Position numbers and translations under genes: made by a program. A stretch of 64,000 nt of DNA from Lama guanicoe (taxonomy: Eukaryota), in the NCBI GenBank assembly GCA_013239625.1, contig MU053629.1, forward strand, positions 3,809,567 to 3,873,566, written 5' to 3'. Shown in pieces: positions 40,226-54,263 of the stretch (within the stretch, counting starts at the first letter, position 1; each line of letters opens with the position of its first letter). Below the pieces are notes generated by a model. The model ran no database searches. It was not told where the DNA came from and saw nothing but the letters and a program-made list of their open reading frames with translations.

Positions 40226-40479
40226 CTATGTTCAAACCAAAGTAGTCTTTTTCCCCCAAGATGAAATTTGCTCAACTAAAAGTAAATTGTCCTTCTGCTT
40301 TTCATAGAAAGGGGAAGAATTGAGGTCGCCCTTAAATAGTCTCTGCCAGGGGCCTGCAGTCCCGATTGTCTGGAGTGGAGTAGCAGATGCCTCATTCACA
40401 CTGGGCCTGAGCTTACCAGTTTCCCACAGACCTCACCACTCCCTGATGCCTCTCTAGCACTCAGTGTCAATTACTATTT

Positions 40480-40539
40480 TTTTCTTTTAATTTTGTTTTT
40501 TATTGAAATGTAGTTGACTTACAATGTTAGTTTCAGGTG
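40480..40539 (-). mobile_element. Extremely truncated L1 3' end (~60 bp) with TSD
   Basis: T-rich tail plus TATTGAAATGTAGTTGACTTACAATGTTAGTTTCAGGT; TSD GTCAATTACTATTT 40466-40479 / GTCAATTGCTATTT 40540-40553. Confidence 0.75.
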
Positions 40540-42199
40540 GTCAATTGCTATTTATTATTAAGCTTGTGTTGGCTTTTGTTTTGCTTAGTGGAATCAAGAG
40601 GAAAAAGAAATGTTTCCTACACTATGTCTCTATTAAAAATTAAAAGAGCAAAAGCTATACTAAGACAGTCAAGTGTTTCAAGAAAAATGGGACTGGAGGC
40701 CATATTTCTCTGGGGAAGAGACGTATTTTTAGCTGTATATCATGCAAACAAGGTATGTTGAAAAAACACAACTTAACACACTATTATGAAACAGCTGACT
40801 TACCACTCTGGCCTGGTAGGTGTTTTACTGGTTGTGCAGCTCAGTGGGCTGCAGACAGCGGGCCTGAGGTCCCCCTGGTTCTGTGTAGCTCACCACTCTT
40901 CCTGGGAGGAGAACAGCCCTATTTTGTCCAACCCCTCTTATCCCCCTCGGATCCCGCCCTTCTTTGTATTCAGTACTTATTTCCAGCAAGTTCAAAACCG
41001 TCTTGCAAAGTTCAGGATCATTACGGCAGGCAAAAATGCAGTGAAATAGCACACCACTGTCAGTTAATTACTAAAAATCCTTTAATGGCTGACATTATTA
41101 TAAATGATATACCCATTATGACAGGGACAATTGGGCTCTCTGTTTCTCTCGCCCTGCATTGGAACCCTCAAACAATGCCGTCTTGTTGGGGAGAATGACC
41201 TGGATGTACTCGGAGGCAAGTTGGGAGTTTTCATGGGCTACCTATGCTGACCCTAGCAGCCGGTGGGCCTCTGAGGAGACCCTGTTGCTAGGTGGGGATG
41301 AGGCAGCTGCCTGACAAGAGCCAACCTTTCTCCATTGCTACCTGCTTCCCCCACGGCTATGGCTACAAGTCTCTTCCCCATGGGCCTCTCAACTGCATCT
41401 GCCCTGTTGCCTGTTTCTCCCCCTTGTCTAGACTGAGCTCAAAGAGCCCCTCTTCCAGGTAGCCTCCCCTGATTCTCCTTCCTAAAGCTCCAGGCACCTG
41501 ATAGGTTGGTTCTCCTTTGTTTTTGTTTTTGAGTCGGGTGCATAAAGTACACATGTTAAGTGTGAACCTTGATGATTTTTTTCATATGTGTACACTGTGT
41601 AACCCCCTCCCACGTCAAGATACAGAATATGGGTCTTCTCTTGACTCAAAAATATTTCTGTGCATGAGAATCCCCTCTGAAGCATGTGAAAAATGCAGCC
41701 AGCCTCTGGCCTAAGCTGGAGATGCTGACTCAGGGGGTCTAGGGTGGCCCAGGAGGGCAGATTAACAGCATCCAGGTCTTCAAGTGGACGGGGCCTGCAG
41801 CCCACCCTTGGAGAAGCCCACTCAGCGCTTGCTGGGGTCAGTCCCCTGTCTTCTTCGTTATTCCCTGGCCAGGTAGGAGCATGTTCTGGCCCCTTCATCT
41901 CAAGGCCCAGCAAGGTTCTGGTCGGAGAGCGGCACCCACTGGGGTGGATCCAAGCTGGGTGCAGCCTGAAGCCGTGCAATTTAAGAAGCTGTCCCAGAGA
42001 AAAAGAACGTGTTGGATGCGGGGCCTCAGAAGGGCCTCCTGCAAGTGACATCGACCCCACTTTCAGTCTGCCTCTGGCAGCCACTAAGAGTTCATGGTCT
42101 TAGAGATTGTTAGGGTGAAAGTCATCTGCTGGACAAGACAGATCACTCCCCAGCTCACTCCTTCCATCCATAGGAACGGCCGGGGCACTGCTCAGCCCT

Positions 42200-42356
42200 G
42201 CCCCAGATTAGAATCCCTTAGGGGAGCTTTAAAGACACACACCCAGGCCCCACATCAGATATTCTGATTCGCTTGGTCTGCGGTAGGGATTGAATTTTTA
42301 GTATTTTTTAAAGCTCCCAGGTGATTCTAATACACAGTCAAGGTCAAGAAGCCCTG
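42200..42356. mobile_element. hAT-Charlie MITE (MER5-like)
   Basis: ATTAGAATC..GGGGAGCTTTAAA..CCCAGGCCCCAC..ATTCTGATTC..TTTTTAAAGCTCCCAGGTGATTCTAAT. Confidence 0.75.
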
Positions 42357-43827
42357 AGGAGAAGAAGCCTGGCTCTGAATTTTCATCTTTCTTTTTTGGC
42401 TCCAGACTTGTAGCAGGAGAAGGTCAGGTGGCTGCGCCTCCTCCCACCACCCTCCTTCCGCCTCTCCTTCTGAGGGAGCCAGACTCCTGGACGTCATCGA
42501 TGCCAGTCACGTCTCTAGCGCACCTCCAGAGCACCCGCTCCGTCTAATATCTGGCATTTACACACACACATATATATATATGTTGTTTCTAATCCTCATT
42601 GCATCATTGCATCTCAGCAGGAAGGAAAGTGAACTCAGGGGACCTTAGTGACGGCCTTCAGAGCCTCCGTGGGTAACTGTTGGAGCTGGGATCACATCCA
42701 GGCTTTAGGCATCCGAAGCCCACGTGCATTTCCCTGGCCAGGCTGCTCCCGGAAGCAGTGCCCGTTTATTGAACCCCGGCCGTGCCCAGGACACAGGCCT
42801 GGGGCCCACTTATCCACCAGGCACGGCAGACACAGAGCCTAGGGCCTACGGGGTGTTTGCTTTTTCATTTTGTTTGAAGTCAGAAGGAAAACAAAAATCA
42901 TAATGATGAATATCTAACAACAAATCCAGCCTGGATTGCATCTGTCTTGGTGCCAGTACACTTGTAAAATATACTTTTTAATACACGTTTTTTAAAATAG
43001 TGTCTAAGGACCATGGCAGTTGTGGTGCAGCCCGGCACACAGTCCTGGGCCCTGGAAGACGCTGACCGCTGTGTCCCCCGGCCCCTTCCCAGAGCGTGGC
43101 CAGTGCTAGTGGGGACTGAGGCAAGAAATGCTTACAACATACCTTCTGTATGCCGAGCTCTGGGAAGTAAACAAGAACACAAAGTATGTCCCGGGCTGGC
43201 GAGGAATTGACAACGTGCACACAGGAAACCAAGAGCAGGACAAGACAGGACGCCCTCTTCCACTGCCATCAGTTCTTGCTTCTGCCTCTTCTTGTTTTTG
43301 TCACTTCATTTGTCACTTAATGTCCTGCTTTGCAGGTTCTTGAACTGTTTCACGTATTTAATTCCTCAAACTATTCTTCTGTTGATTTTTTCCTTCAACA
43401 AAACTGGACTATTTTAATAATAGTTATTTTTAAATATTGGATTTAATTGTTTTTGAGTGAAGCCCACGGTGCAAAAATTCAGATGGTTCTGAAGAAGGCT
43501 GAAGGCAGGGGAGAGAGACACGGAGGGACGGAGGCTTCTTTTGCACCGAACCTTTGGTCCTGTTTAGATTTTGGACCATGTGCAAGCATCACCTACTTAA
43601 TAGAATGGATGAAAACAAGCGAGCAAACAAAAACCAAACAGCTCTGGGTTGAAAAGTGAATCTCCCTCTCACCCGGCTTCCAGCATCCTCATCGCCCCTA
43701 CTCCCCAGTGACAACCGTCTTTACCAGCTTATCGTGTGTCTTTCCAAAGACATTTTATGCAGATAAGCTTTTAAAAATTTTTACCCAAATTGTAGCACAC
43801 AGTACACATTATCGTTAGTCAATATCA

Positions 43828-44686
43828 TTTTCCTTTATAGGTTATTATAAGGTGTTCAACCTGGTCCCCTGTGCTATACAGTAGATCCTTGTTGCTTATC
43901 TATTTTATGTATAGCAGCGTGCATCTGTTAATCCCATACTCCTAATTTATCCCTGCCCCCTTCCCTTTCCTCTTTGGTAACCATGTTTGTTTTCTATGTC
44001 TATGAGTCTGTTTCTGTTTTGTATATAGACACATTTGCATTATTTTTTAGGTTCCACATAAAAGTGACATCATATCATATTTGTCTTTCTCTGTCTGACT
44101 TATTTCACTTAGTATGATAATCTCTAGGTCCATCCATATTGCTGTAAATGGCAATGTTTCATTATTTTTTATGGCTGAGTAGTATTCCACATATATACTA
44201 CATCTTCTTAAGCCAATTACCTATTGATGAGCACTTGGGTTGTTTCTGTATCTTGAATATTGTAAATAGTACTGCTATGAACATGGGGGTGCATGTGTCT
44301 TTTTGAATTAGAGTTTTCATCTTTTCCTGATATATGCTCCAGAGTAAGATTGCTGGATCATAGGGTAACTCCATTTTCAGTTTTTTAAGGCACCTCCATA
44401 CTGTTCTCCATAGTGGCTGCACCAATTTGCATTCTCACCAATAATATAGGGGGGGTTCCCTTTTCCTCCACACCCTCACCAGCATTTATTATTTGTAGAC
44501 TTTCTGATGATGGCCATTCTGACTGGTGTGAGGTGATACCTCATTGTGGTTTTGATTTGCATTTCTCTAAATTAATTAGCGATGCTGAGCATCTTTTCAT
44601 GTGCCTATTGGCTATCTATATGTCTTCTTTGGACAAATGTCTGTTTAGGTCTTCTGCCCATTTTTTTCATCAGGTTGTTTGTTTTT
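43828..44686 (-). mobile_element. 5'-truncated LINE-1 (ORF2 C-terminus and 3' UTR), nested in an older L1 remnant
   Basis: Minus ORF 44198-44425 [25 protein letters not shown]...KDTCTPMFIAVLFTI...KQPKC is the L1 ORF2p C-terminus. More decayed L1-like sequence lies on both sides. Confidence 0.92.
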
Positions 44687-45883
44687 AGTCACTTAATATC
44701 TTGATCTTTTCATAGCGAGGGCTGCCTTATTCTTGTTCAACAGCTGGATGATATTCCATAATTGATTTAACTAGGTCCTCTATTGATAAGGTTATTTCCA
44801 ACCTCTTTCTTTTTATTATAAAGTAATCTTATGGAGCATAACTCCTCGCTCTTTCACTTGTGCATTAAGTAATTGGATTTATATGTAATTTCCCTCATGT
44901 GCAAGCACGCATGCGTGGTGTATGCATAAAGTCAACAGGTGTGAGCATGGCTGCAGGGAGGGGAAGTTGGGACAACTTCTATGGGAAGGCCAATTTGGCC
45001 AGATTTATCTGAATGAAATCCCTCCTCCCCAGACAATTTCTGGAGCACCTAATGGGTTCTGGGCTCGCAGTACAGAGGAACACTCAGGCTTTGCTCTTGG
45101 GGTGGGTGGTGGGGGCTCTCAGATAGGGAGGATTCATTCGCAGCCCCGGGAAGGAGGGCTGTACAAATGCCGGGACAGTGCAGAGAAGACAGCCACGGAC
45201 CTGTCACTCATGAAAGAGAGGGAAAATGTTTGCTCAGAGGGAAAAAGGAAGGTCATGGCGGGCAGGTGAACCAGCACATGCAAAGGCTGGGTGTCAGGAT
45301 GCAGTTCACCTCTGGGGTGTTCCAGGGAGCAGATCTTCTCCTGTTCAGGGTCCTTGTGGTGGGAGGGGAGATGAGATGGGCCTTGCACCTGTCAGGGCTG
45401 GGAAGCAACTCTTTGACCTGTTGGTTACAGGCTCCATTGAAGGGTTCTCAGTCTGGGAGCCCTGTGGTGACAGGGAAATGCTAGAAGCTTCTCTCTGGCC
45501 CTGGTGTGGAGGGATGATTGAATGCTGACATTTCTTCTAGTAAAATCCTAGTCCCTGAAGGGCAGGCTCCCTGCACTAAAGGCCTTTGGCCCATAGCAAG
45601 TGCCCAGTAGAAACAAGCGGTTGAATTATAGCCAAAGATGAAAATGAGCCATATTCCCAGGCACTGTGTCTGAAATGGGAGCTCCTGTATTACCCTAAAG
45701 GCTGAGGGTAGTGACGTTCCTCCAGGATGCCTAGGGTCAGGTCTGGGGTCATGGTCCGATGCTGCTCACAGTGATTGTAACATTCTTCAGAAGTCTCTTA
45801 TCTCCGTTCAACCCCCGACCTGAGTTTTACATTCTAGTCCCTAATACATCTAGGTTAGCTTTCCTTTTAAAATGGGATATATT

Positions 45884-45978
45884 GGGGGGAGGGTTAAATA
45901 GCTCAGTGATAGAGCATGTGCTTAGTATGCACAAAGTCCTGGGTTCAATCCCCAGTACGTCTATGAAAAAAATTAATT
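45884..45978 (+). mobile_element. Short tRNA-Ala-derived SINE (Vic-1-like, lacks the 3' body)
   Basis: tRNA head plus short A tail only; TSD AAATGGGATATATT 45870-45883 / AAATGGGATGTATT 45979-45992. Confidence 0.85.
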
Positions 45979-46668
45979 AAATGGGATGTATTACCAATAT
46001 AATATAAAAGTAATTTCCCAACATCTTTGAGTCAAATTAGCCCTCCAAAAAACCCTTGACTCTGAGGGCCCCCTGCTCACCCAGTTTGAGAAGGAGGGGT
46101 GCAGGCAATTTGCTTTCACTGCAGCAATGCCACAGTCCTCACTCTGGTCTCCGTGCTGCTGCCGCCAGCCCTCTTAACGACCAGGAGACGTGCTGCCTCT
46201 GTTCACTCATTCACCTGGTATTTCTGAATGCTGATCGTGTGCAGGACGTTGCCCTCTCTCATGACATCCACAACAGTAGCAGCTCTAAATGCGTACGTTA
46301 TCTCAACCAATACTTGCAATGACCCTATGAGGTAGGTACTATTGTTATTATTAAACCCATTTTACAGATGGGGAAACTGAAACTCAGAGAGATTAGGTAA
46401 AGTGACCAAGGCCACCCTGCAAGGGGCAGAGCCAGGATTAAGACGCAAGCAGTCTGACCCCAAGCCTGCCCTTTTACCTCCTCTGCTGTGCACACTGCGC
46501 AGCTGGGGTAAGAAGCCTTAAGCACTGGGATAAGGGGCAAGAGCCCTGGGAGGCAGAAAACATCAGCTCAGCTGTGATCTTGGGCAAATCACCCTCCTTT
46601 CCTGGTCCTAGAATCTCCCCTGGCCCCCCTCCCTGCCCTGTTCTACTCTGAGATATTTAGGCTATTTA

Positions 46669-46795
46669 ATGATTTTGTTGTTGTTGCTGGGGGGGAGGTA
46701 ATTAGGTTTATTTATTGTTTTTCTAAAATGGGGTACTGGGGATTGAACCCAGGAGTTCAATCAAGCACTCTACCATTGAGCTATACTTTTCCCCC
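46669..46795 (-). mobile_element. tRNA-Ala-derived SINE (Vic-1-like), minus strand
   Basis: Reverse complement of the same element; perfect 14-bp TSD ATTTAGGCTATTTA at 46655-46668 and 46796-46809. Confidence 0.9.
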
Positions 46796-49112
46796 ATTTA
46801 GGCTATTTACATAGCAGAGGGTGCAGCCCACAGGGTGTGACCAGTAGCACTGGGAAGGGATATTTTACTTGGTTCCCTGGAGATGCTGACTCCCGCAATG
46901 TGCCAGGACCTTATTCATTCAACTCCCACCACGGTCAAGCAGACCCATTTCATAGATGAGGAAACTGAGTCTCTCAGAGGTTAAATAATTTGTTGTTAGT
47001 TCAGTGGCTTAACCTGGTAACGACTGACTCCTTGCTCATTTCACTCATAATAGCTCTCATTTACTGAGCAATTATTAGGTGCCAGACACTGGGCTAAACA
47101 TTTGAATCTTCAAAACAACCTCCTAATATTATTATTACCAGTGAAGTCCCAGGCTCCCCATCTGTAATCTCTAACGTGGGAATAATAGTAGCACCATACT
47201 GGGCGTTGTTGTAGGTGGTTAAGGAAGCTGCTCAAGGTCACACAGCTACAAGGTAGCTGAACAGGATTTGAAGCCAGATCTGCTGGGTTCAGCAAAGTCA
47301 TGGTGAAGAAACATTACACTGTGCTGCCCAAGCACGGGCTCCCTGGAGTGGCAACAGGAAAGCCAGCTTTTGATTCATAGGGACAATGGTAACAGGTCTC
47401 AGGAAAAATCCATCTGTCCGAGAGAAAGTAGTAAAAAGCAGGCAAACAAACAAAAAAGCCTAAAAGGAGGGGAGATTAGGAACTCGTTAAACCGGTGTTC
47501 CCAACATTGCCTGTATCCAGGTGAATATCAGGATAATTTCAGGGGATACACAGATACACTTCTTATTTTGTGATTTATTTTAAAGTGATAAATGTAACTA
47601 GCGCATTTGTGATTCCGTGGATACTACTCCTAAATAAAAGTGGTTAACTGATTTTTAAAATGAAGTAAGAAGCATCCATAAGGTGTGTACACCGTTCAGA
47701 CGTTCTGTCACACTCTCAAATAAGTAGCAGCAGGTCATCTGGTTCTCGCCTCATACATGTCCAGGACCCGACCTCTTCTCCCCAAGCCCATTAGACTCTT
47801 TGAGCTCAGGAACTTTTGCATTTTGTTTACTGCACGATCCTTAGTCCCTAGAACGTGGCCCGGGGCCCAAAGGGAGCTCAAAGAGTATGTGTCGAATGAA
47901 TGAATACAAAGTTCCATTCATGCACGTGGGCACTTTCCAAGAGAGAGAGGGTCCACAGCATTCATCAAAGTCTCAGGATTGTCTACCACTGAAGAGGGCC
48001 CCAGCTCCCCCATTTGGGGCCATGTTGGGCAAGTAAGTTGCCCCTTCTAAAGGGGCAGACAGTACCACTTAGCCAGTTGGACTGAGAGTTAGTAAGTGAG
48101 GCCTTGGTTTACCCCTTAGTTTTCCGTGAAGTGGGTTAGGATGAATGTCTTCCTGTCAATCCATCTGATCACAGCAAGAGGTGGCCCAGACTCCCTCTGG
48201 GATCTCTCCGTTCATAAGCAGGGCCCCCTAGAGCCCTCCTCTTCCCACCACCAAGAAGCAAGCTCTGCCTTGTATGGTTCCTGCTGTTTCATGCTTTGTT
48301 TCTTCCCAGCTAATGTGGAAACTTCCCAAAGGCAAAAGACCATGTTTTCTTTTGTAGGACCAGATATTAAGAAGATGAATATTCATCTCAAGCAGCCCTG
48401 GGTTAAAGTCCTAACTCAGCCACTTGTTGGCTGTGTGATCAAAGAGGAATTACTTCACCTCTCTGTTTCCCTCTCTAAAAGAGTGGATCTTGTAAGAATA
48501 AGAACTTCATTGTGTTTTGGGGGAGATTTGCTGAAATAGTGCATGTTGGGTATAGGATGATGATGAGCATGGAGCTTGGTGGAGCAAGGGATTTTAATTT
48601 AACCATGTCAATATTAAGTGCCCACCAAGTGACAGTTGTTATGCTGGGGACTGGGGAGAAGAAATGGGGGCGGGTGCTCTTATGTAAATTAGCTTATATA
48701 TATTTGATGGTATCTGACTCTAGTCGCTGAGTGGGGCTGTGGGTGGCCACACTCACCATCTCTTACTATCTCTACCCACGTGGGGCTTACATTCCAGAGG
48801 CAGAGGAGAACAGATACGGGACTGCATAGTTTATGAATTGTGAGAAGCACTGTAGAGGGGAAGCACCCAGGGGCTTTGGGGGAATACCAGAATAATGGGG
48901 AGGGGCAGGTTTGAATCTGAAGGGTTAGAGTTACTTCCTGGTGAGTTACTTGGTGAGTGACCTGGCTGTGGAGACCTGAGGAGCAGCGGCTGGGACACCA
49001 CTTTTCTCCTCTCCTGCACCCCCAGGGGACTGGAGCTTTTTCTCCAGAGGGGCAGTTTAGGAGGGTGCCCTTAGGCTGAAGCTCCGAGGCCCTGCCCTCT
49101 GGGCACTGCCAC

Positions 49113-49131
49113 AAACACCCTCTAGTGGTCA
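49113..49131 (-). promoter_or_regulatory. CTCF-like motif (reverse)
   Basis: Minus strand reads TGACCACTAGAGGGTGTTT, close to TGGCCACCAGGGGGCGCTA. Confidence 0.45.
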
Positions 49132-49768
49132 CAAGGCAGGCAGGCGCGAGGCTGGACGGGCCCTGGGAATCCAAGGACAGTGGGACTGATTGTCACCATT
49201 TTCCCCTTTCTGATAGGATCTCCACTGAGACATAGTCTTCCTGGAATGAGGGATGACTCTGGGACCTCAGGTCATTTAATTTTGGTAACCATCTTGAGCC
49301 TGATTCCTATTCCCATTTTACAGATGAGAACTCCGAGGCTTATAGAGCTGAGGGGGATTTAAGTAGGGTCAGTACTGAACTCAAGCTTATCAGACTCTGG
49401 TTTCCAGGCGTCCATCCAGCTGGCACCTAATGGGACCCCACTCACCATGCCACATCTCTGGGTGAGCAAGAGCAGAAGGCAAACTTTGAATCACTGTCCA
49501 GGGAAGAAGGCAGCCCTCCCCAGGAAGGCTACTGTTTCAGTCTCCACTTGGCTTGAGGCGCCAAGCCCTGACCTGACATCCCTCAGGGTGCTCCCCCAGG
49601 AACCCTGCAGAAAAGGATGCCCTGGTACCTGAACCTCAGGGAGGTATCGGGGACAGAGAGGGAAGGAGCCACAGTTCACAGATTTGCCTCCAGGGGTAGA
49701 TGCTAAGCACTGGTGGAAGCCCTGAGGGGTAACCCATCTGCCTGCAGTCTTCCCTTTCTCTTTGCTTC

Positions 49769-49772
<4 letters not shown>

Positions 49773-49844
<72 letters not shown>
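49773..49844. repeat. Compound microsatellite (CT)17(CA)19
   Basis: Read directly. Confidence 0.97.
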
Positions 49845-49847
<3 letters not shown>

Positions 49848-50929
49848 CTTCCCCTTAGCCAAGCTGGCTGGGTGCAAATCCAACGTCTGCCACTAACTAC
49901 AAGCTTGTACAACTTACTTAAGGTCTTTGTGCTTCAGTGTCCTCAACTGTAAATTAGTGGTTATCAACCTTGCCTACCCCAAAAGTGTTTTTATATGGAG
50001 TCTGGGGTCTCACTGCGTAACACTTTGATTCAGCAGGTCCAAGGGACCTCATCTGGAAAAACCATTGTCCTGAAGAGTGCGCTTGGGCAACGCAGACCCA
50101 CTCAGCTTTCCAGATTTTGGGATGAGCGCACATACTGGTTTCTGCCTCTCTGGTTTTAGCATCTTAGCACTTTCAAGACTATCTTCATTTCAGTGGCAAA
50201 TTAAATGAGCAGGTTTCCGTTCCTCTGTTTCCTCATCTGTAAAATGGAGATAATAGTACCTATCAGGGTTGCTGTGGAATGACTGAAACCTTTGTAATGC
50301 TTGGAGCATTGCCTCCCCCACAGTAAGCGCAAGCTATTATTGAAATTCGCAGATACTGTGTTGAACGAAAATACTTTACATTACATTGAGTTTCTCCTTG
50401 TATTTTTTTAAGAGACAAAGAAAGTTTAATAGCTACACTGCTATAGGCAACAGCAGGCGACGTAGAAGTGCCTGTGTGAGCCTCTTCTTGCATTTCAAGA
50501 TGAATTAATTTCCCCCGGGGCGAGAAGTGAACGAAAAGGGGCCACAAAAGGGGCTTCTCGGGTGCAATCTGTTGTCCTCTACGTATTGGTTATACAGGTG
50601 TTTCATTCACTTGTGGAAATCCACCCTGCTTGCGATTTGTCCACATATAATGCACTATCTCCAAGGATCTTCATGGTTTTCTGAAGAACGCAGGGCAGGC
50701 ATCCTCATCCCCGTTTTTTAAACAAGAAACTGAGCCCAAGGCAGCAATTTTGATTTGGCCAAAGCAGTAGGGGATGGAGGTGGGGAAGCTTCTCAGTCGG
50801 GCCCTCCATTAGGGAGAATAACCGCCGCTCCCGGAGGGAGAGGAGAGAACAGTACCTGGCTCCAGGTAAAGCTCAGCAAAGGGTTCTGAGTCCTCTCTTG
50901 CAAACACCGCCCTTCCCCCAGCGCACACA

Positions 50930-51430
50930 CAACTCGGGCCCGCCTGGGGAACTCGCACCACCGCAGAGCTCACAAGGCCAGCGCCACACGTGGGAACCCC
51001 CGAGGGAGACCCGCGCGCCGGCGTCCCCTCGGCCCCGCGGGGGAATGGCGCCCAGCCCCGGGCCAATGAGGGTAGCGGAATTTCTTTCATTCAGTGCGGG
51101 GCCGGGATCTTGCCCGGAAAGGGGCGGGGCGCCGCGCCGGGGGCGGGGCCGCCGCGCGCCGGGGAGAGGGCGGTGCCCGCCCCGTGGCCCGGCCAATCGG
51201 CGCCGCGCCCGGTGGGGGAGGGGGGACCAGGCCTTTTTTCCCTCCGCGCGGGGCCAATCCCGACTTTACAAGCTTGAACTTTTGCCACCCTCGGACGAGC
51301 GAGCGCGCCCGAGGAGGTACCCCGCCGCGCCGGCTCCAGGGGCAGGAGCGGCCTTAACCCTTCCCGTGCCGGGCGGCCGGCTGCTGCCGACGCGCCCCCA
51401 CCATCTCGCCCCGGATCAGGCGGGACCTAG
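50930..51430. promoter_or_regulatory. CpG island with three CCAAT boxes and Sp1 GC boxes, upstream of the SMAD6 promoter
   Basis: CCAAT (each as GGCCAAT) at 51063, 51193 and 51254; GGGGCGGGGC at 51121 and 51140; GCCGnCGC at 51148 and 51386; dense CpG. Confidence 0.7.
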
Positions 51431-52269
51431 TCCCCTAACCCACCCTCATTTCCGTGGTGAAATGTCGTTGGTGAAGTCACGAGCCCTATGCATATCCCCT
51501 CTTCCTGATGCAGAGAATAAACTGGGAAAGGTAATGGGGTGGAGGAATCACCAGGCCTCGAGGGGGCCCGGGACTGCTGGCGGCCCGCCTAGCTCCGGGG
51601 AAGAGAGACTTGGCGACCGAGAGAAGGCATTCCCCGCCTATTCCCCACCCTCTGCAACTTCCTACCTCGGGCAAGCCTGGAGTCCCCGTGCACGAGGCAT
51701 CTCACGCCCCTAGTTGGCTCAGATGACCGACCCCTGACTTTGCGCAGGGGTGTGGAAATCTCGTGCTATCATGGAAGACCCCGCTACCCCAACAAATCTG
51801 CAGCCCCTTGCTCCCAAGAGACGCAAGCCAGGAAGGCACACACGCACACCCACTTTTATTAGCTTTCTCTGGAATGGGGGTTTGTACCAACCCCGAAGTG
51901 CAGTGTGTTTGTAAGTTTGTGCACAAGCCAAGGAGAGGCACAGCACCCCATTTGAGTCCGAGTCTCAGTGGGTCCGCCGAGCCCTCGCGCCGCCCGCCCG
52001 TGGTTTGTGTGTGTATGTGTGTTCGCTAGCATCTGTGCCCGCGGCGCACGCGAACCAGAGAGCGGGCCGTGGGCGCTGTCAGGCCCATGGCGGGGGTGGG
52101 GTGCCGGGGCGAGCATGGGGCGGGGGCCCGGGCTTGGCCCGCCCCGGGAGCCGGCCCCTTGGAGCCTCGGGCCCTGCAATGGGACGTGTTCTCCTTTAAG
52201 AGTTAAGAAACTTGAAACCTTGTTTGCGCAACAATCAGCGCCGCGGAGCCGCCAAAGTGTCTAGACTGG

Positions 52270-54263
<1,994 letters not shown>

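Noticed and set aside
1..50000. An upstream lncRNA gene
   Set aside because: Plausible from what I recall of the human locus, but no exon structure can be supported from sequence alone.
50898..51713. 271-aa ORF in the upstream CpG island
   Set aside because: TTG start, Pro/Arg/Gly-rich, no homology recognised; typical CpG-island artefact.
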